Of a stretch of 64,000 nt of DNA, positions 39,701 to 46,198 are shown one piece after another (the first letter of the stretch is position 1; each line of letters opens with the position of its first letter). The notes under the pieces were generated by a model. That model saw only the letters and a program-made list of their open reading frames with translations. It was not told where the DNA came from and searched no databases. The stretch comes from Pyrinomonadaceae bacterium (GTDB lineage Bacteria > Acidobacteriota > Blastocatellia > Pyrinomonadales > Pyrinomonadaceae). The position numbers were made by a program, and so were the translations under genes. The stretch covers positions 43,407-107,406 of the forward strand of contig JBKKAL010000297.1 in NCBI GenBank assembly GCA_046714695.1, given 5' to 3'.

Positions 39701-42700
39701 CCTGGGTGCGGGCGTCGCTATCTTCCTCGGCGCGCACGACAACAGGGTCGAGGGTAATCGCATCGGTACGAACGCCGCCGGCACCGTTGCGCTCGGCAAT
39801 CAGGCCCAGGGCGTTCTCATCACAGACACCGGGTCAAACAACAACACCATCGGTGGCACGGCCACTGGCGCGGGCAACACCATCGCCTTCAACGGAGGGC
39901 ATGGCGTCGTGCTCAATGGGCCAACGACGGGCAACGCCGTCCTGACGAACTCTATACACTCCAACGCAGGGCGCGGCATACAGCTCAACGCCAATGCGAA
40001 TGGCGTCATTGCTAATAACAACCAGGCTGCGCCCAGACTGTTTTTCGTCGGCGTATCGAACGGGACGGCAAATTATGGCGGGACGTTGACCAGCACTCCG
40101 AATACGAATTTCACAATACAGCTTTTCTCTAATAGCAGTTGCGATCCGTCCGGCTTTGGCGAAGGACAGAACCTTGTCGGCCCAATCAGTGCGACGACAG
40201 ACGCGCAGGGGCGCGCCACATTCTCCGCGAACTACCCCGCGACCATTGGGCAGTTTATTACGGCGACGGCCACCAGCGCGGGAAACAATACCTCAACCTT
40301 CTCGCAGTGCGTACAGGCGGCTGCTTATCAAGTCGGCACATTCCAGTTCGTCAACAACGGTGTTTACGGAGTGAGCGAGGGTGTCGGTAATGCTCTCATC
40401 ACGGTCAGCCGCACGGGCGACAACTCGACCACAGCGACCGTGAATTACGCGACCGTTAGCGGCGGGACGGCCGTCGCCGGTACTGATTACACGGCGGCCT
40501 CGGGTGCGATCACTTTCGCTCCCGGCGAGAACTTTAAGACCTTCGTCATTCCCCTGACGAACGATACGACCGTTGAGAACGTCGAGACCGTCAACATGAC
40601 GATCAGCAATCCGTCGAACGGCTCTGTGCTCGGCTCGCCCACGACGGCCACGCTCTCGATTGTGGACAACGATCCTGCGCCGCAGGCGGGCAACAACGGC
40701 AAGATCGCTTTCCACAGCAATCAGACGGGCAACAACGACATTTACGTGATGAACGCCGACGGCACAAATCCTGTCAACATCACTAATAATCCCGGCGATG
40801 ATGGTCAGCCCAACTGGTCGCCAGACGGCACCAGGATCGCCTTCAACGCTTTCCGCACGGGCAACAGCAATTACGAGATCTATGTTATCAACGCCGACGG
40901 GACGGGCCTCGTGCAGTTGACCAATAACACAGGCGGCGCGAGTTTCACGCCCGACTGGTCGCCAGACGGCACCAGGATCGTCTTCGATTCGGACCGCACC
41001 GGCAACAACGAAATATATGTGATGAACGCCGACGGCACGAATCAGACAAACCTCTCCAACAATCCAGCAACTGACGGTAACGCCGTCTGGTCGCCCGACG
41101 GCACTCGCATCCTTTTCACTACGGACAGGGCAAACAGCACGCTGGGCTCTAACGGCTACGATCTTTACTTGATGAACGCCGACGGCACAAATCTTGTACG
41201 CCTGACGAATAACACGTTCTATGACGACTGGGCCGTGTGGTCGCCCGACGGCTCTAAGATCGCTTTCCAGACTACGCGCGACGGCAACAGCGAAATCTAT
41301 GTGATGAACGCCGACGGCACGAATCAGATCAACCTCACCAATAATATCGCCACCGATAATGTGCCCGCGTGGTCCTCGGACGGCACGCGCATCGCTTTCC
41401 AGACTACTCGCGACGGCAACGGCGAAATCTATGTGATGAACGCCGACGGCAGTAATCTTCAGCGACTGACGAACACACAGGCGAATGATATCTACCCGGA
41501 CTGGCAGCCTGTCGCTCAACCGGCTCCGCCCGCTCCGACTTATACCATCTCAGGCAAGGTTGCAGATGCCGGTAATAATGGCATTCAGAATGTGACGCTG
41601 ACATTGAGCGGCCCGCAGCCGTCATCTACTCCGCAGACCACGACGACTGACGCGAGCGGCAACTATTCGTTCAGCAATCAGACGGCAGGCGGCAACTACA
41701 CTGTCACGCCCTCGCTCTCCGGTTATAACTTCAATCCGTCAAATCATGTCTTCAATAATCTGAGCGGCAATCAGACCGCTAACTTCACGGCCACACCTTC
41801 CACTTACGCGATTTCCGGGCAGGTCAGCGACGCGAACAATAACCCGCAGAGCAATGTGACGATCTCCTTAAGCGGCTCTCAATCGGCGACCACAACGACC
41901 AATGCGACGGGTGATTATTCCTTCGCCAATCTCGCGGCTGGCGGCAACTACGTCGTGACCCCGTCGCAGACCGGCTATAGCTTTACGCCTGCGAACCAGA
42001 CATTCAATAACCTGTCGGCCAACCAGACGGCCAACTTTACGAGCACGGCGCTGGTTTACACTATCAGCGGTGCGGTGACCGATGGCACGAATCCGCTGAG
42101 CGGTGTGTCGGTCGCATTAAGCGGCTCGCAGACCGGGACGGCGACCACCAATTCGAGCGGCACTTACTCGTTCTCAAATCTGGCGTTTGGCGGCAACTAC
42201 ACCATCACGCCCTCGCTCTCCGGTTATGGCTTTACGCCTCAGACCTTCAACAGTCTGACCGCCAACCAGACGGCCAATTTTGTCGGCACTTCGCTCAACA
42301 CTGTCGCCACTCCCGCGGGGACAAACGTTACCGTCCAGGTCGGCTCGACCATAATCACCTTCTCGCAGGTGACGGCGGCTGGAACTACCACCGTCGCTCC
42401 GATCAACCCCTCATCGGCCGGGACTTTGCCCGCCGGATTCGGTATTAACGGCGCGAGCACAGCTTTCGACATCACGACGACGGCTATCTACACGGGCCCC
42501 GTCACAATCACCTTCAGCATGCCTTTGGTGACTGATCCTGTAGCGTTCGCTGATTTAAGAGTGCTGCATGGCGAAGGCGGCGCGCTCGTTGATCGTACGA
42601 TTCTTTCGCCCGATGCGCCTGCACCCAACTTTGCGAGCAAGACCGTCTCGGCACGAGTGACGACGTTGAGCCCGTTTGTAACGGCCACGAACAACGCGCG

Positions 42701-45700
42701 CTCGATTAGCGGCCAGGTGACGGTGAGCGGCAACCCGCTTGTCAATGCGACGGTTCAGTTGACGGGCTCGGCATCAGGGATCACAACGACGGACGGCTTA
42801 GGTAATTATTCATTCAACGGACTGTCACAGGGCGGCAACTACGCGGTGACGCCGTCGAAGACCAACTACACGTTTGCCCCCGCGAGCCTCGTCTTTAATA
42901 ATCTGACTACCAATCAGACAGGGAACTTCGCGGGCACTCTGGTCAACTTCCAGATCAGCGGTCATGTGGCGGACACGAGCGGAGCGCCGCTCAGCGACGT
43001 GGCCATCACCCTTTCCGGCGCACGCACGCTAACCGTCTTTACAGACGCTTCTGGCAACTACCTGTTGACGAACGTGCCGGCCAGCAGTGACTACACAGTG
43101 ACCCCGACCAAAACGGGCGTCATTTTCGCGCCCGCGAGCCTCGTCTTCAACAACCTGGCTGCCAACCAGACGGGCAACTTCACGGGCACTGTGGAGATGA
43201 CGCCGACACCGCCGCCGCCGCCGCCCAGCGAGGACTTCGACACCGATGGCCCACCCAACCCGGAAGTCTTTAATACGGGTACGCTGACACAGAACTCGAC
43301 CGCCGTGGATCCGCAGGTGACCGTCGTGCAGGAGAACGGCCAGCTTGAGATTACGCCGCGGAGCAACGTTGAAGGCGAGTCATTTAACGGAGTCGTGACG
43401 ATTAAGCCCCTTGACCTGACCGTCACGCCGACCGTCAGCGTCGAGGCAGTACAGACGACCACGGGCGATGGCTCTCTGACAGTCTTCGCCATCGGCTCCG
43501 ATAGCGAAAACAACTACAGCTTCATCGTCACACCCGGACAGACGCTGCCGACGGCAGATGCATCGAAGGGGCGTGCGGCAGCGAGGGTCAGTGGCACAGC
43601 GGCGGATTCACTGACGCTCTTTTTCCAGGTCATCATCGGTGGCGAGAAGTTCTCGACCGGAATTCTTTATGATCCGGTTGAGCACCGCTTCTGGCGCTTC
43701 CGGCTGGATACCCCGGCGCAGACCATCAACTTCGAGACGAGTTCGGATAAACAGGCATGGAAGCTGCGATACAAGGCATCAATCCTTAAATCGCCGACGG
43801 CGCTCGTGAGCGAACTCTCGGCCGGTACGACCAGGGCGACAATCAATCCGGGCAAGGCTGTCTTCGATAACTACGAAGTCGGCGGGGCAAACACTTTCCG
43901 TTTCAGCACCTCGAATTATATGGTGACGGAGACGGGCGGCAGTATTCAAATCACAGTTCTGCGCACGGGTTCAACCGAGAGTTCGGCGGTCGTTAATTAC
44001 GCGACGAGCGGCGGTAATGCCACACCCGCCTCGGACTTCACGGCGGCGAGCGGCACGATCAGGTTTGCTGTCGGAGAAAGCAGCAAGAGCTTCACGATCA
44101 ACGTCAGCGACGATAGCGCGGTTGAACCAGACGAGATAGTCATCCTCTCTTTAAGCAATCCAGTTGGCGGTCTGCTCGGCGCTCCCAGTGCGGCGACCCT
44201 AGCGATTGTGGATGACGATACGAGAAAGAATCCGATTGATGCCGCGCAGTTTTACTTCAACCAGGTGTACCTGGACTTCTTCAAGCGCGAGCCCGAAGCT
44301 GCTGAGCTACAGGCATATCTGAGCAGGATCGCGGTCTGCGGCGGCAACGCTCAATGCATCGAGACGGAGCAAGGAAATATCGTCAGAGAGCTGCTGCTCT
44401 CCGAAGAGTTTCAAGAGACGGGATATCTTCTTTCTCGCTTTTATCAGGAAGCCCTGAATCGTGCGCCGAGCCTCCAGGAGTTTCTCTCCGACATGGATCA
44501 ACTCCATCAAGGGGCCGCGACCAAAGCCCTCTGGCAACAGAGGTCTGCGGCAAACACAGAGGACTTTGTCGAGCAGTTCATCGCACGTCCGGCCTTCAAG
44601 CAGATATATGATTCGCTTGACAGCATGGGCTATGTGGACAAACTGCTCGCCAACGCCGGAATCACACTGAGCCCGGAAGACCGCTCATCGCTCGTCATCG
44701 GCCTGCTGACAAACAAAGAGACGCGTGCGTCCGTCTTCTTAAAGATCGCTCTTAACGAGGAGTTCAAGAACAAAGCCTTCGACCGCACATCCGTTATCAT
44801 GCTCTACCTCGGCTTGCTGCGGCGCGCTCCATCGGCTTCGGAAATCAGCGACGGACTGAACATCCTGAAGAGCGCGAGCGGCATTCGCGCGCTCGTCTCG
44901 AAGATCATTCGCACCTCTGAATATCGCCTTCGATTCGGCGCGGCGAGCACAGTGCAATTCAGCCGCGAAACCTATCAGGTGGCTGAGAATGAACGCGAGG
45001 TGACGGTGACGGTGACGCGTGTCGGAGCGACAGACAAAGCTGAGACGGTGCAATACCTGACGCGCGATACCGCGGAGCTACAGAATTGCGACATCCTGAA
45101 CGGCATCGCCTCTTCCCGTTGCGACTACATCACTGGGGTTGGCACGCTCCGCTTCGGCCCGGGCGAAACGTCGCAGACATTTTCGATCCCCGTCGTTGAC
45201 GACGTTTATGTCGAGGGCTCTGAGTTTTTCACTATAACCTTGAACGCCACACAGAGCAGCACAAGCCTGGGCACGCCCAATACTGCTAACGTGACGATCA
45301 CGGACAATCCGGGCGAAGTGGCGGGCGTCGTCAATCCGATTGATCGAACCGATTTCTTCGTCACACAACAGTACATGGACTTTCTGGGACGCTTGCCTGA
45401 GCCGCACGGCTTCAACGCCTGGTCAGCTCAGATCAACAACTGCGCGGCAGGTCAGGCCAGTTGTGACCGTCTCTCGGTATCGCAGGGCATTTATCTCTCT
45501 CCCGAATTTAGAGATCGTGGATACTTCATCTACAAACTCTATTCGGCGGCGTTCGGTAGAAAGCCCACCTACAGCGAGTTCGTGCCTGACCGCGCGCGTG
45601 TCAGCGGCTTCCAATCGGACGTGGAGCTGGAGCAATCGAAGGTGGACTTCATCGCTGATCTTATGGCGAGGGCAGAGTTCACCGCTGTTTACAACGGGCT

Positions 45701-46037
45701 CTCTAATGATGCCTATGTGCAGCAGTTGTTTAAGACGACAGGAGTCTCGCAGGTAACAGTCAATGGAGTGGTGTTGAGCCTGGCGGCGATGCAGCAGTCT
45801 ATGACTTCCGGCAAGACAAGAGCGCAGGTCTTGAGAGAGGTCACGGAGAGTCCGGAGGTCAGCAGCCGATACCTGACGGAGGCGACCATCGTGATGCACT
45901 ACTTCGGGTATCTCAGACGTGACCCGGATGCCGCGTATCAGGAGTGGATCAAGATATACAACCAGACAGGGGATTCGCGGAACGTGACGAACGGGTTTGT
46001 GAATTCTTCTGAATATAGGATGAGATTTGGAAAGTAA
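27753..46037 (+). CDS. giant secreted mosaic surface protein (about 6100 aa)
   Basis: The ORF is uninterrupted from 27702. GTG at 27753 is the preferred start, because AAGGAGAG lies 7 nt upstream and the product begins VPRIFYSKRRFPLLISLSLIAIALGSWMATRPASA (signal peptide). The domains seen, in order, with approximate coordinates:
- 14 FG-GAP blades: 27861-29957
- DUF11-like: 29958-30330
- beta-helix modules, each starting (G/C)(S/T)LR(Q/A)AI: 30333, 31557, 35931 and 38841
- lamin-tail-like modules: 32982 and 34362
- more than 15 Cna-B/CarboxypepD_reg-like domains
- TolB-like propellers: 37700-38560 and 40690-41510
- Calx-beta: 40325, 43890 and 44945
- P6 linker: 43209
- LamG-like region: 43230-43880
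- DUF4214-like regions: 44230-44935 and 45330-46034. Confidence 0.9.
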   Translation: MPRIFYSKRRFPLLISLSLIAIALGSWMATRPASATGVSFTSPTTASMGASPISIVVQDFNRDGIQDVAVANRSTVNGIGAISVRLGNGSGGLGAETTFNSADGAYALASGDFNNDGNPDIVLAEGTSNFISLFSGDGLGGFTRGQLTATSPDFITTGDFNRDGNLDIVYSPTSGNFVEVLLGDGSGGFSFPGPLAVAFTPASIVVADFNRDGNPDLATASTGASYSILLGDGAGGFGAATNIPSGAAHLSLAVGDFNRDGNSDFVTANYQADSVSFFAGDGTGGFSSGVGFPVGTTPQFVIVGDFNNDGKSDVASANGGPDNVSILLGTGLGGGSAFSAAMDFSAGTNSDPRAIAAGDFDRNGKVDLATANYGTNNVSVLLNDTALCTPGFNDAVNYSVGANPYATTVGDFNGDGSPDLATANDGDDNVSVQLGDGDGTFQTAVNYNVGANPGFIVTGDFNRDGKLDLAVSNYQDANISVLIGNGNGTFQTAVNYSVGNGPYSISVGDFDHDGKPDLAVANNQNNNVGVLIGNGNGTFQTAVNYSVGTSPFSIASADLNGDGKLDLVTPNYNSHNVSVLIGNGDGTFQTAVNYNADTNPSSVAIGDFDRDGDADLAVLNFISNNVSMLLGNGNGTFQTAVNTSTGGQFSLSVVAGDFNGDGKLDLAMADTGNPNAGNLSVLLGQGNGSFQSPANYSANVGSQSVTVGDLNRDGKLDLITTNNTSGNVSVLLNKCPAPDLAITKTHTGDFTVGQTATYSIKVENVGNLTSSGTIYVMDPPPPGLTYNSSSGTNWSCSQNVQVYCAYTGTLAPSASTTLTINFDVDSNAVPTVTNTALMTNTSDINSDNDTATDEANVTGATTYTVVNTNDSGAGSLRQAILDANANAGLDIIAFNIPGSGVRTISPTSPLTDIVDPVIINGYTQPGSSPNTLATGNDAVILIEINGANAGSGSGISGLTITAGGTTVRGLAINRFGGQNIKIDGAGDNNVIKGCFIGTDPTGTTGMGNSVNGIFVNGSAGASHNQIGGPAEADRNLISGNNNYAILLESSTNNTVQNNYIGTDKNGTGPLPNLTSGIRFYANAHDNQIGGLSSAEGNLIAFNGSSGIQATDAGNPSLRNRFLGNSIHSNYTIGIELNGNGFDTNDAGDADGGANSTQNYPVLTSVSTSSGSTNVAGTLNSTSNTSFRVEFFSNPGSNPSTRRQGKTFLGFVNVTTDPSGNASVNTSFNPPVSTTLGITATATRDPGDADPNATSEFSNYVQELVAPQTFTVNSAADTPDANQGDYICDVDLGTPGSQCTLRAAIQEANVNPSADTITFSIGTGAQTISFTDGVPTIAFPVTIDGYTQPGASVNTLPTGNNAVLLIELDGTNANSNAIEIFASNCTVKGLIINRFLAKGILLQNGDGNIIQGNFIGTNAAGTAKLANNGGISINNSSNNIIGGTAPAARNLISGNNGPGIDCFACSGLVAQGNYIGTNAAGTAAVANTGAGLYLEGSQNVVVGGTSPGARNVISGNGDAGFDIEYMSSGAQAAVTIQGNYIGTAADGISNLGNGYEGILLYESSDCIVGGTTPGAGNIIAFSAGAGVTVDSEPALNNSIRGNSIHSNAELGIELHQSGGVTQNDTGDTDSGENNFQNFPVLTSATSNGTSTTVNGTLNSIQSLNYAVEFFSSPTCDPSGNGEGQTFLGSTNAATDANGDATFNATLPIGVTAGHFVTATATDSSGNTSEFSQCMQVTAAPAPTSLIISEFRLHGGLGTGDEFVELFNNSDTAITVSTTDGSTGWSIVDNSGYAILSIPNGTVIPARGHYLGVFYYSTGSSVSTYATPDANWGYSDGHQIGDGGGVAIFSTGNVANFTNAYRLDAVGFGGANALYREGAGLAPANGITVDGEYSFVRKMTGYDSQDTDNNASDFVFVSTTGAAFSGEQSILGAPGPENSGSPRRGIIPGNTGLSVALLDTSAAATASPNFVRDFNPVRNGSQGTMEIRRTITNNTGVTLTRLRFRVTDITTLGSITTNGADVRVLTSADATVSTGSGTVAVKGTTLEQPPNQFSNGGGLNSSLNVALPGNALANGASINVSFLLGVSQTGTYRFEVDAGLSNPQELISAGTPAPSIYGRVSNTSNGPATAFSNVTVTLSGDASVTTTTDANGNYSFNNLTASGNYTVTPSKIGYLFTPPSQNISGLSGNQAADFAGALPIPQSGNILISEFRFRGATGQGDEYVEIYNNTDAPFIVSTEDGSTGWSVVDSNGYALITIPNGTVIPARGHYLGKFFYNGSNLNSYAPADVTWGYHDGYQIGDDGGVAIFKTSNAANFTVANRLDAAGFNNQTAPVPVLYREGTGLDPIGPSDGEYAFVRRMTSGLPQDTDNNAADFIFVATTGGAFNDILSLLGAPGPEGMLSPLFNATLSESLIDATTAESATPNRVRDTTPSGPAPFGTLTVRRKYTNNTGSTITRLRLRAVDLSTLNNRTNTEADLRLTSSTDATVTTGAEGTVAVKGTTLEQPPTQAGGGGINSSLSVALPGGSLAVGQSVNVQFVMNVQQDGTYRYKFVPEVNVPQTPRITGRVADASNNGVSGVTITLGGATSSSTTTDVNGDYAFNNLTASGNYTVAPSLSGYTFTPASQTISNLRGTQTANFTATASTYTISGQVNDANNNPQSGVTLTLSGSQSATFPTSATGNYSFTNLTAGGNYTVTPSKTGYNFTPANQTFNNLSANQTANFILSPATTLTVTNTNDSGAGSLRQAITDANAFSGFQTITFNISGTGVQTITLASQLPGITDTASIDATTQPGYAGTPLIELNGNNAVGNALVITAGNSLVRGLVINRFTGNALLVQSAGNFIQGNYIGTNAAGIAASANGGSGIVITRGTNTIGATTAGGTGNLISGNSNFGIFINQVNVNSPAGGNVISGNYIGTNAAGTAAIPNRNNAIDIAGASNTIIGGATAGARNVISGNGLPNQTLGRGIRIRINGVRDSLPSGTIIKGNYIGTNAAGTAAIPNTWHGFSITDAPGTVIGGAGAGEGNLISGNTGLGIFIDFADNCVIQGNRIGTNAAATSGIPNVAGGVQYSARNAAFGGTAPGAGNVIAFNTGDGIRIFGSANSGNAILSNSIHSNANLGINLQSGANNGQSAPVITSARTDESTSMIQGTLRSTPNSTFNIQLFSNAACDPSGFGEGQNYLGSTTATTDSTGNATFSTSGLYSIAGQFITATATDASNNSSRFSRCSLGNASTLISGRVANAAGAGISNVTVTLSGARTDSITTDANGDYSFGVASGTYTVTASKINTTFAPPSHTFTTSGPTQTANFTATTTSGPGGKIVFARDLGQNNTLTTSALASRREILVMNADGSNQTFLTNTTIDNFDPVWSPDGTKIAFCSVPGQNSGNFNNEIWVMNADGTNQVRLTNNSANSTDDDDPAWSPDGTKIVFESNRDGGGFQLYVMNADGTGQTRLTNNTARDFTPSFSPDGTKIVFVSDRDGNNEIYSMNANGTGQTKLTNNSSGDDQPVFSPDGTKIAFSSDRDGNTEVYVMDANGSNQVRLTNNPNTDGAPSWSPDGTQIAFHTDRAPQQDSEIYVMKADGTSQTNITNFPNNDDYTPNWQSQAALPARTYSIGGQVTDAGNNSSQNVTLTLSGPQPSSTPQTTNTNANGNYSFTNLTAGGNYTVTPSKQGYSFTPANQTFNNLSANQTANFTGVLISTLTVTNTNDSGAGSLRQAILDSNSLSGTQTIAFNIPGTGVRTITLASVLPNITGPVIIDGTTQPGFTGTPLIELNGNGLQASGLNLFGGNSTVRGLVINRFNFVGIFIQSNGNTIQGNYLGTNAAGTSSLGNGSHGVHINGGLNNIIGGAIAAERNVISGNLQNGVYLSNNASNNIVMGNYIGTNAAGTGAVANGNIGVHLTNATNNTVGGTIAEARNIISGNTRNAIGFDAVGSTGNLLQGNYIGTNAAGTAAIPNGLPVAISNGASNNTIGGTSAGAGNVISGNLGAGVAIFLGAHDNRVEGNRIGTNAAGTVALGNQAQGVLITDTGSNNNTIGGTATGAGNTIAFNGGHGVVLNGPTTGNAVLTNSIHSNAGRGIQLNANANGVIANNNQAAPRLFFVGVSNGTANYGGTLTSTPNTNFTIQLFSNSSCDPSGFGEGQNLVGPISATTDAQGRATFSANYPATIGQFITATATSAGNNTSTFSQCVQAAAYQVGTFQFVNNGVYGVSEGVGNALITVSRTGDNSTTATVNYATVSGGTAVAGTDYTAASGAITFAPGENFKTFVIPLTNDTTVENVETVNMTISNPSNGSVLGSPTTATLSIVDNDPAPQAGNNGKIAFHSNQTGNNDIYVMNADGTNPVNITNNPGDDGQPNWSPDGTRIAFNAFRTGNSNYEIYVINADGTGLVQLTNNTGGASFTPDWSPDGTRIVFDSDRTGNNEIYVMNADGTNQTNLSNNPATDGNAVWSPDGTRILFTTDRANSTLGSNGYDLYLMNADGTNLVRLTNNTFYDDWAVWSPDGSKIAFQTTRDGNSEIYVMNADGTNQINLTNNIATDNVPAWSSDGTRIAFQTTRDGNGEIYVMNADGSNLQRLTNTQANDIYPDWQPVAQPAPPAPTYTISGKVADAGNNGIQNVTLTLSGPQPSSTPQTTTTDASGNYSFSNQTAGGNYTVTPSLSGYNFNPSNHVFNNLSGNQTANFTATPSTYAISGQVSDANNNPQSNVTISLSGSQSATTTTNATGDYSFANLAAGGNYVVTPSQTGYSFTPANQTFNNLSANQTANFTSTALVYTISGAVTDGTNPLSGVSVALSGSQTGTATTNSSGTYSFSNLAFGGNYTITPSLSGYGFTPQTFNSLTANQTANFVGTSLNTVATPAGTNVTVQVGSTIITFSQVTAAGTTTVAPINPSSAGTLPAGFGINGASTAFDITTTAIYTGPVTITFSMPLVTDPVAFADLRVLHGEGGALVDRTILSPDAPAPNFASKTVSARVTTLSPFVTATNNARSISGQVTVSGNPLVNATVQLTGSASGITTTDGLGNYSFNGLSQGGNYAVTPSKTNYTFAPASLVFNNLTTNQTGNFAGTLVNFQISGHVADTSGAPLSDVAITLSGARTLTVFTDASGNYLLTNVPASSDYTVTPTKTGVIFAPASLVFNNLAANQTGNFTGTVEMTPTPPPPPPSEDFDTDGPPNPEVFNTGTLTQNSTAVDPQVTVVQENGQLEITPRSNVEGESFNGVVTIKPLDLTVTPTVSVEAVQTTTGDGSLTVFAIGSDSENNYSFIVTPGQTLPTADASKGRAAARVSGTAADSLTLFFQVIIGGEKFSTGILYDPVEHRFWRFRLDTPAQTINFETSSDKQAWKLRYKASILKSPTALVSELSAGTTRATINPGKAVFDNYEVGGANTFRFSTSNYMVTETGGSIQITVLRTGSTESSAVVNYATSGGNATPASDFTAASGTIRFAVGESSKSFTINVSDDSAVEPDEIVILSLSNPVGGLLGAPSAATLAIVDDDTRKNPIDAAQFYFNQVYLDFFKREPEAAELQAYLSRIAVCGGNAQCIETEQGNIVRELLLSEEFQETGYLLSRFYQEALNRAPSLQEFLSDMDQLHQGAATKALWQQRSAANTEDFVEQFIARPAFKQIYDSLDSMGYVDKLLANAGITLSPEDRSSLVIGLLTNKETRASVFLKIALNEEFKNKAFDRTSVIMLYLGLLRRAPSASEISDGLNILKSASGIRALVSKIIRTSEYRLRFGAASTVQFSRETYQVAENEREVTVTVTRVGATDKAETVQYLTRDTAELQNCDILNGIASSRCDYITGVGTLRFGPGETSQTFSIPVVDDVYVEGSEFFTITLNATQSSTSLGTPNTANVTITDNPGEVAGVVNPIDRTDFFVTQQYMDFLGRLPEPHGFNAWSAQINNCAAGQASCDRLSVSQGIYLSPEFRDRGYFIYKLYSAAFGRKPTYSEFVPDRARVSGFQSDVELEQSKVDFIADLMARAEFTAVYNGLSNDAYVQQLFKTTGVSQVTVNGVVLSLAAMQQSMTSGKTRAQVLREVTESPEVSSRYLTEATIVMHYFGYLRRDPDAAYQEWIKIYNQTGDSRNVTNGFVNSSEYRMRFGK
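27861..29957 (+). repeat. 14 tandem FG-GAP/VCBS repeats (two predicted 7-bladed integrin-alpha-like propellers) inside the giant CDS
   Basis: I counted 14 copies of the Ca-binding-type motif (G)DFN(R/N/G)DG(N/K)xDL/V, each followed by N..SVLLG(D/N)G.G.F. Confidence 0.8.
32982..35678 (+). repeat. two tandem ~460-aa modules (lamin-tail-like domain + beta-sandwich + Cna-B-like domain) inside the giant CDS
   Basis: LIISEFRLHGGLGTGDEFVELFNNSDTAITVS at 32982 and ILISEFRFRGATGQGDEYVEIYNNTDAPFIVS at 34362 give an in-frame offset of 1380 nt. Both continue with IPNGTVIPARGHYLG, LGAPGPE and VAVKGTTLEQPP. Confidence 0.7.
35679..38576 (+). repeat. segmental duplication unit A inside the giant CDS (Cna-B-like, beta-helix, Cna-B-like, TolB-like propeller)
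   Basis: A 43-nt exact match (ACTATTCATTTACCAATCTCACAGCGGGCGGCAACTACACCGT) occurs at 35791 and 38701, an in-frame offset of 2910 nt. The flanking ~200 nt look roughly 85-90% identical by eye. Confidence 0.75.
38577..41537 (+). repeat. segmental duplication unit B inside the giant CDS (Cna-B-like, beta-helix, Calx-beta, TolB-like propeller)
   Basis: It has the same architecture as unit A except for the third domain. Its 5' end (CAGAATGTGACGCTGACcTTGAGCGGCCCGCAGCCGTCATCTACTCC at 38625) recurs at 41586, an offset of 2961 nt, opening a third, truncated unit. Confidence 0.75.
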
Positions 46038-46198
46038 CAGCGTCGCCACGGAACAGGCATTCAAGCGAACCGGCTCCGGGCGCTGGAATCCACGCGCTAT
46101 CGTTTGACGAATCAGGATAGTCTCACGCGGCGCGCTTGCTGAAGCTTACAATCAAACCTCGCTGCTGTTGTTGTTAAATTAATCAGAGGGTATTTCAA

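Noticed and set aside
28000-43200. Regularly spaced repeats inside 28-43 kb that could superficially look like a CRISPR-like or tandem-repeat array
   Set aside because: They are in-frame protein-domain repeats (FG-GAP, Cna-B-like, PD40, beta-helix coils) of 150-3000 nt within one continuous ORF. There are no short identical repeats separated by unique spacers.
43209-43226. (CCG)5-CCC tract as a possible slipped-strand phase-variation switch in the giant gene
   Set aside because: The unit is a trinucleotide read in frame as Pro6, so slippage would only change the hinge length and would not switch the gene off. The tract is also short.
27702-46037. Diversity-generating retroelement or other hypermutation target in the giant protein
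   Set aside because: No reverse transcriptase ORF, template-repeat/variable-repeat pair or C-type-lectin-like terminal domain is visible anywhere in the window.
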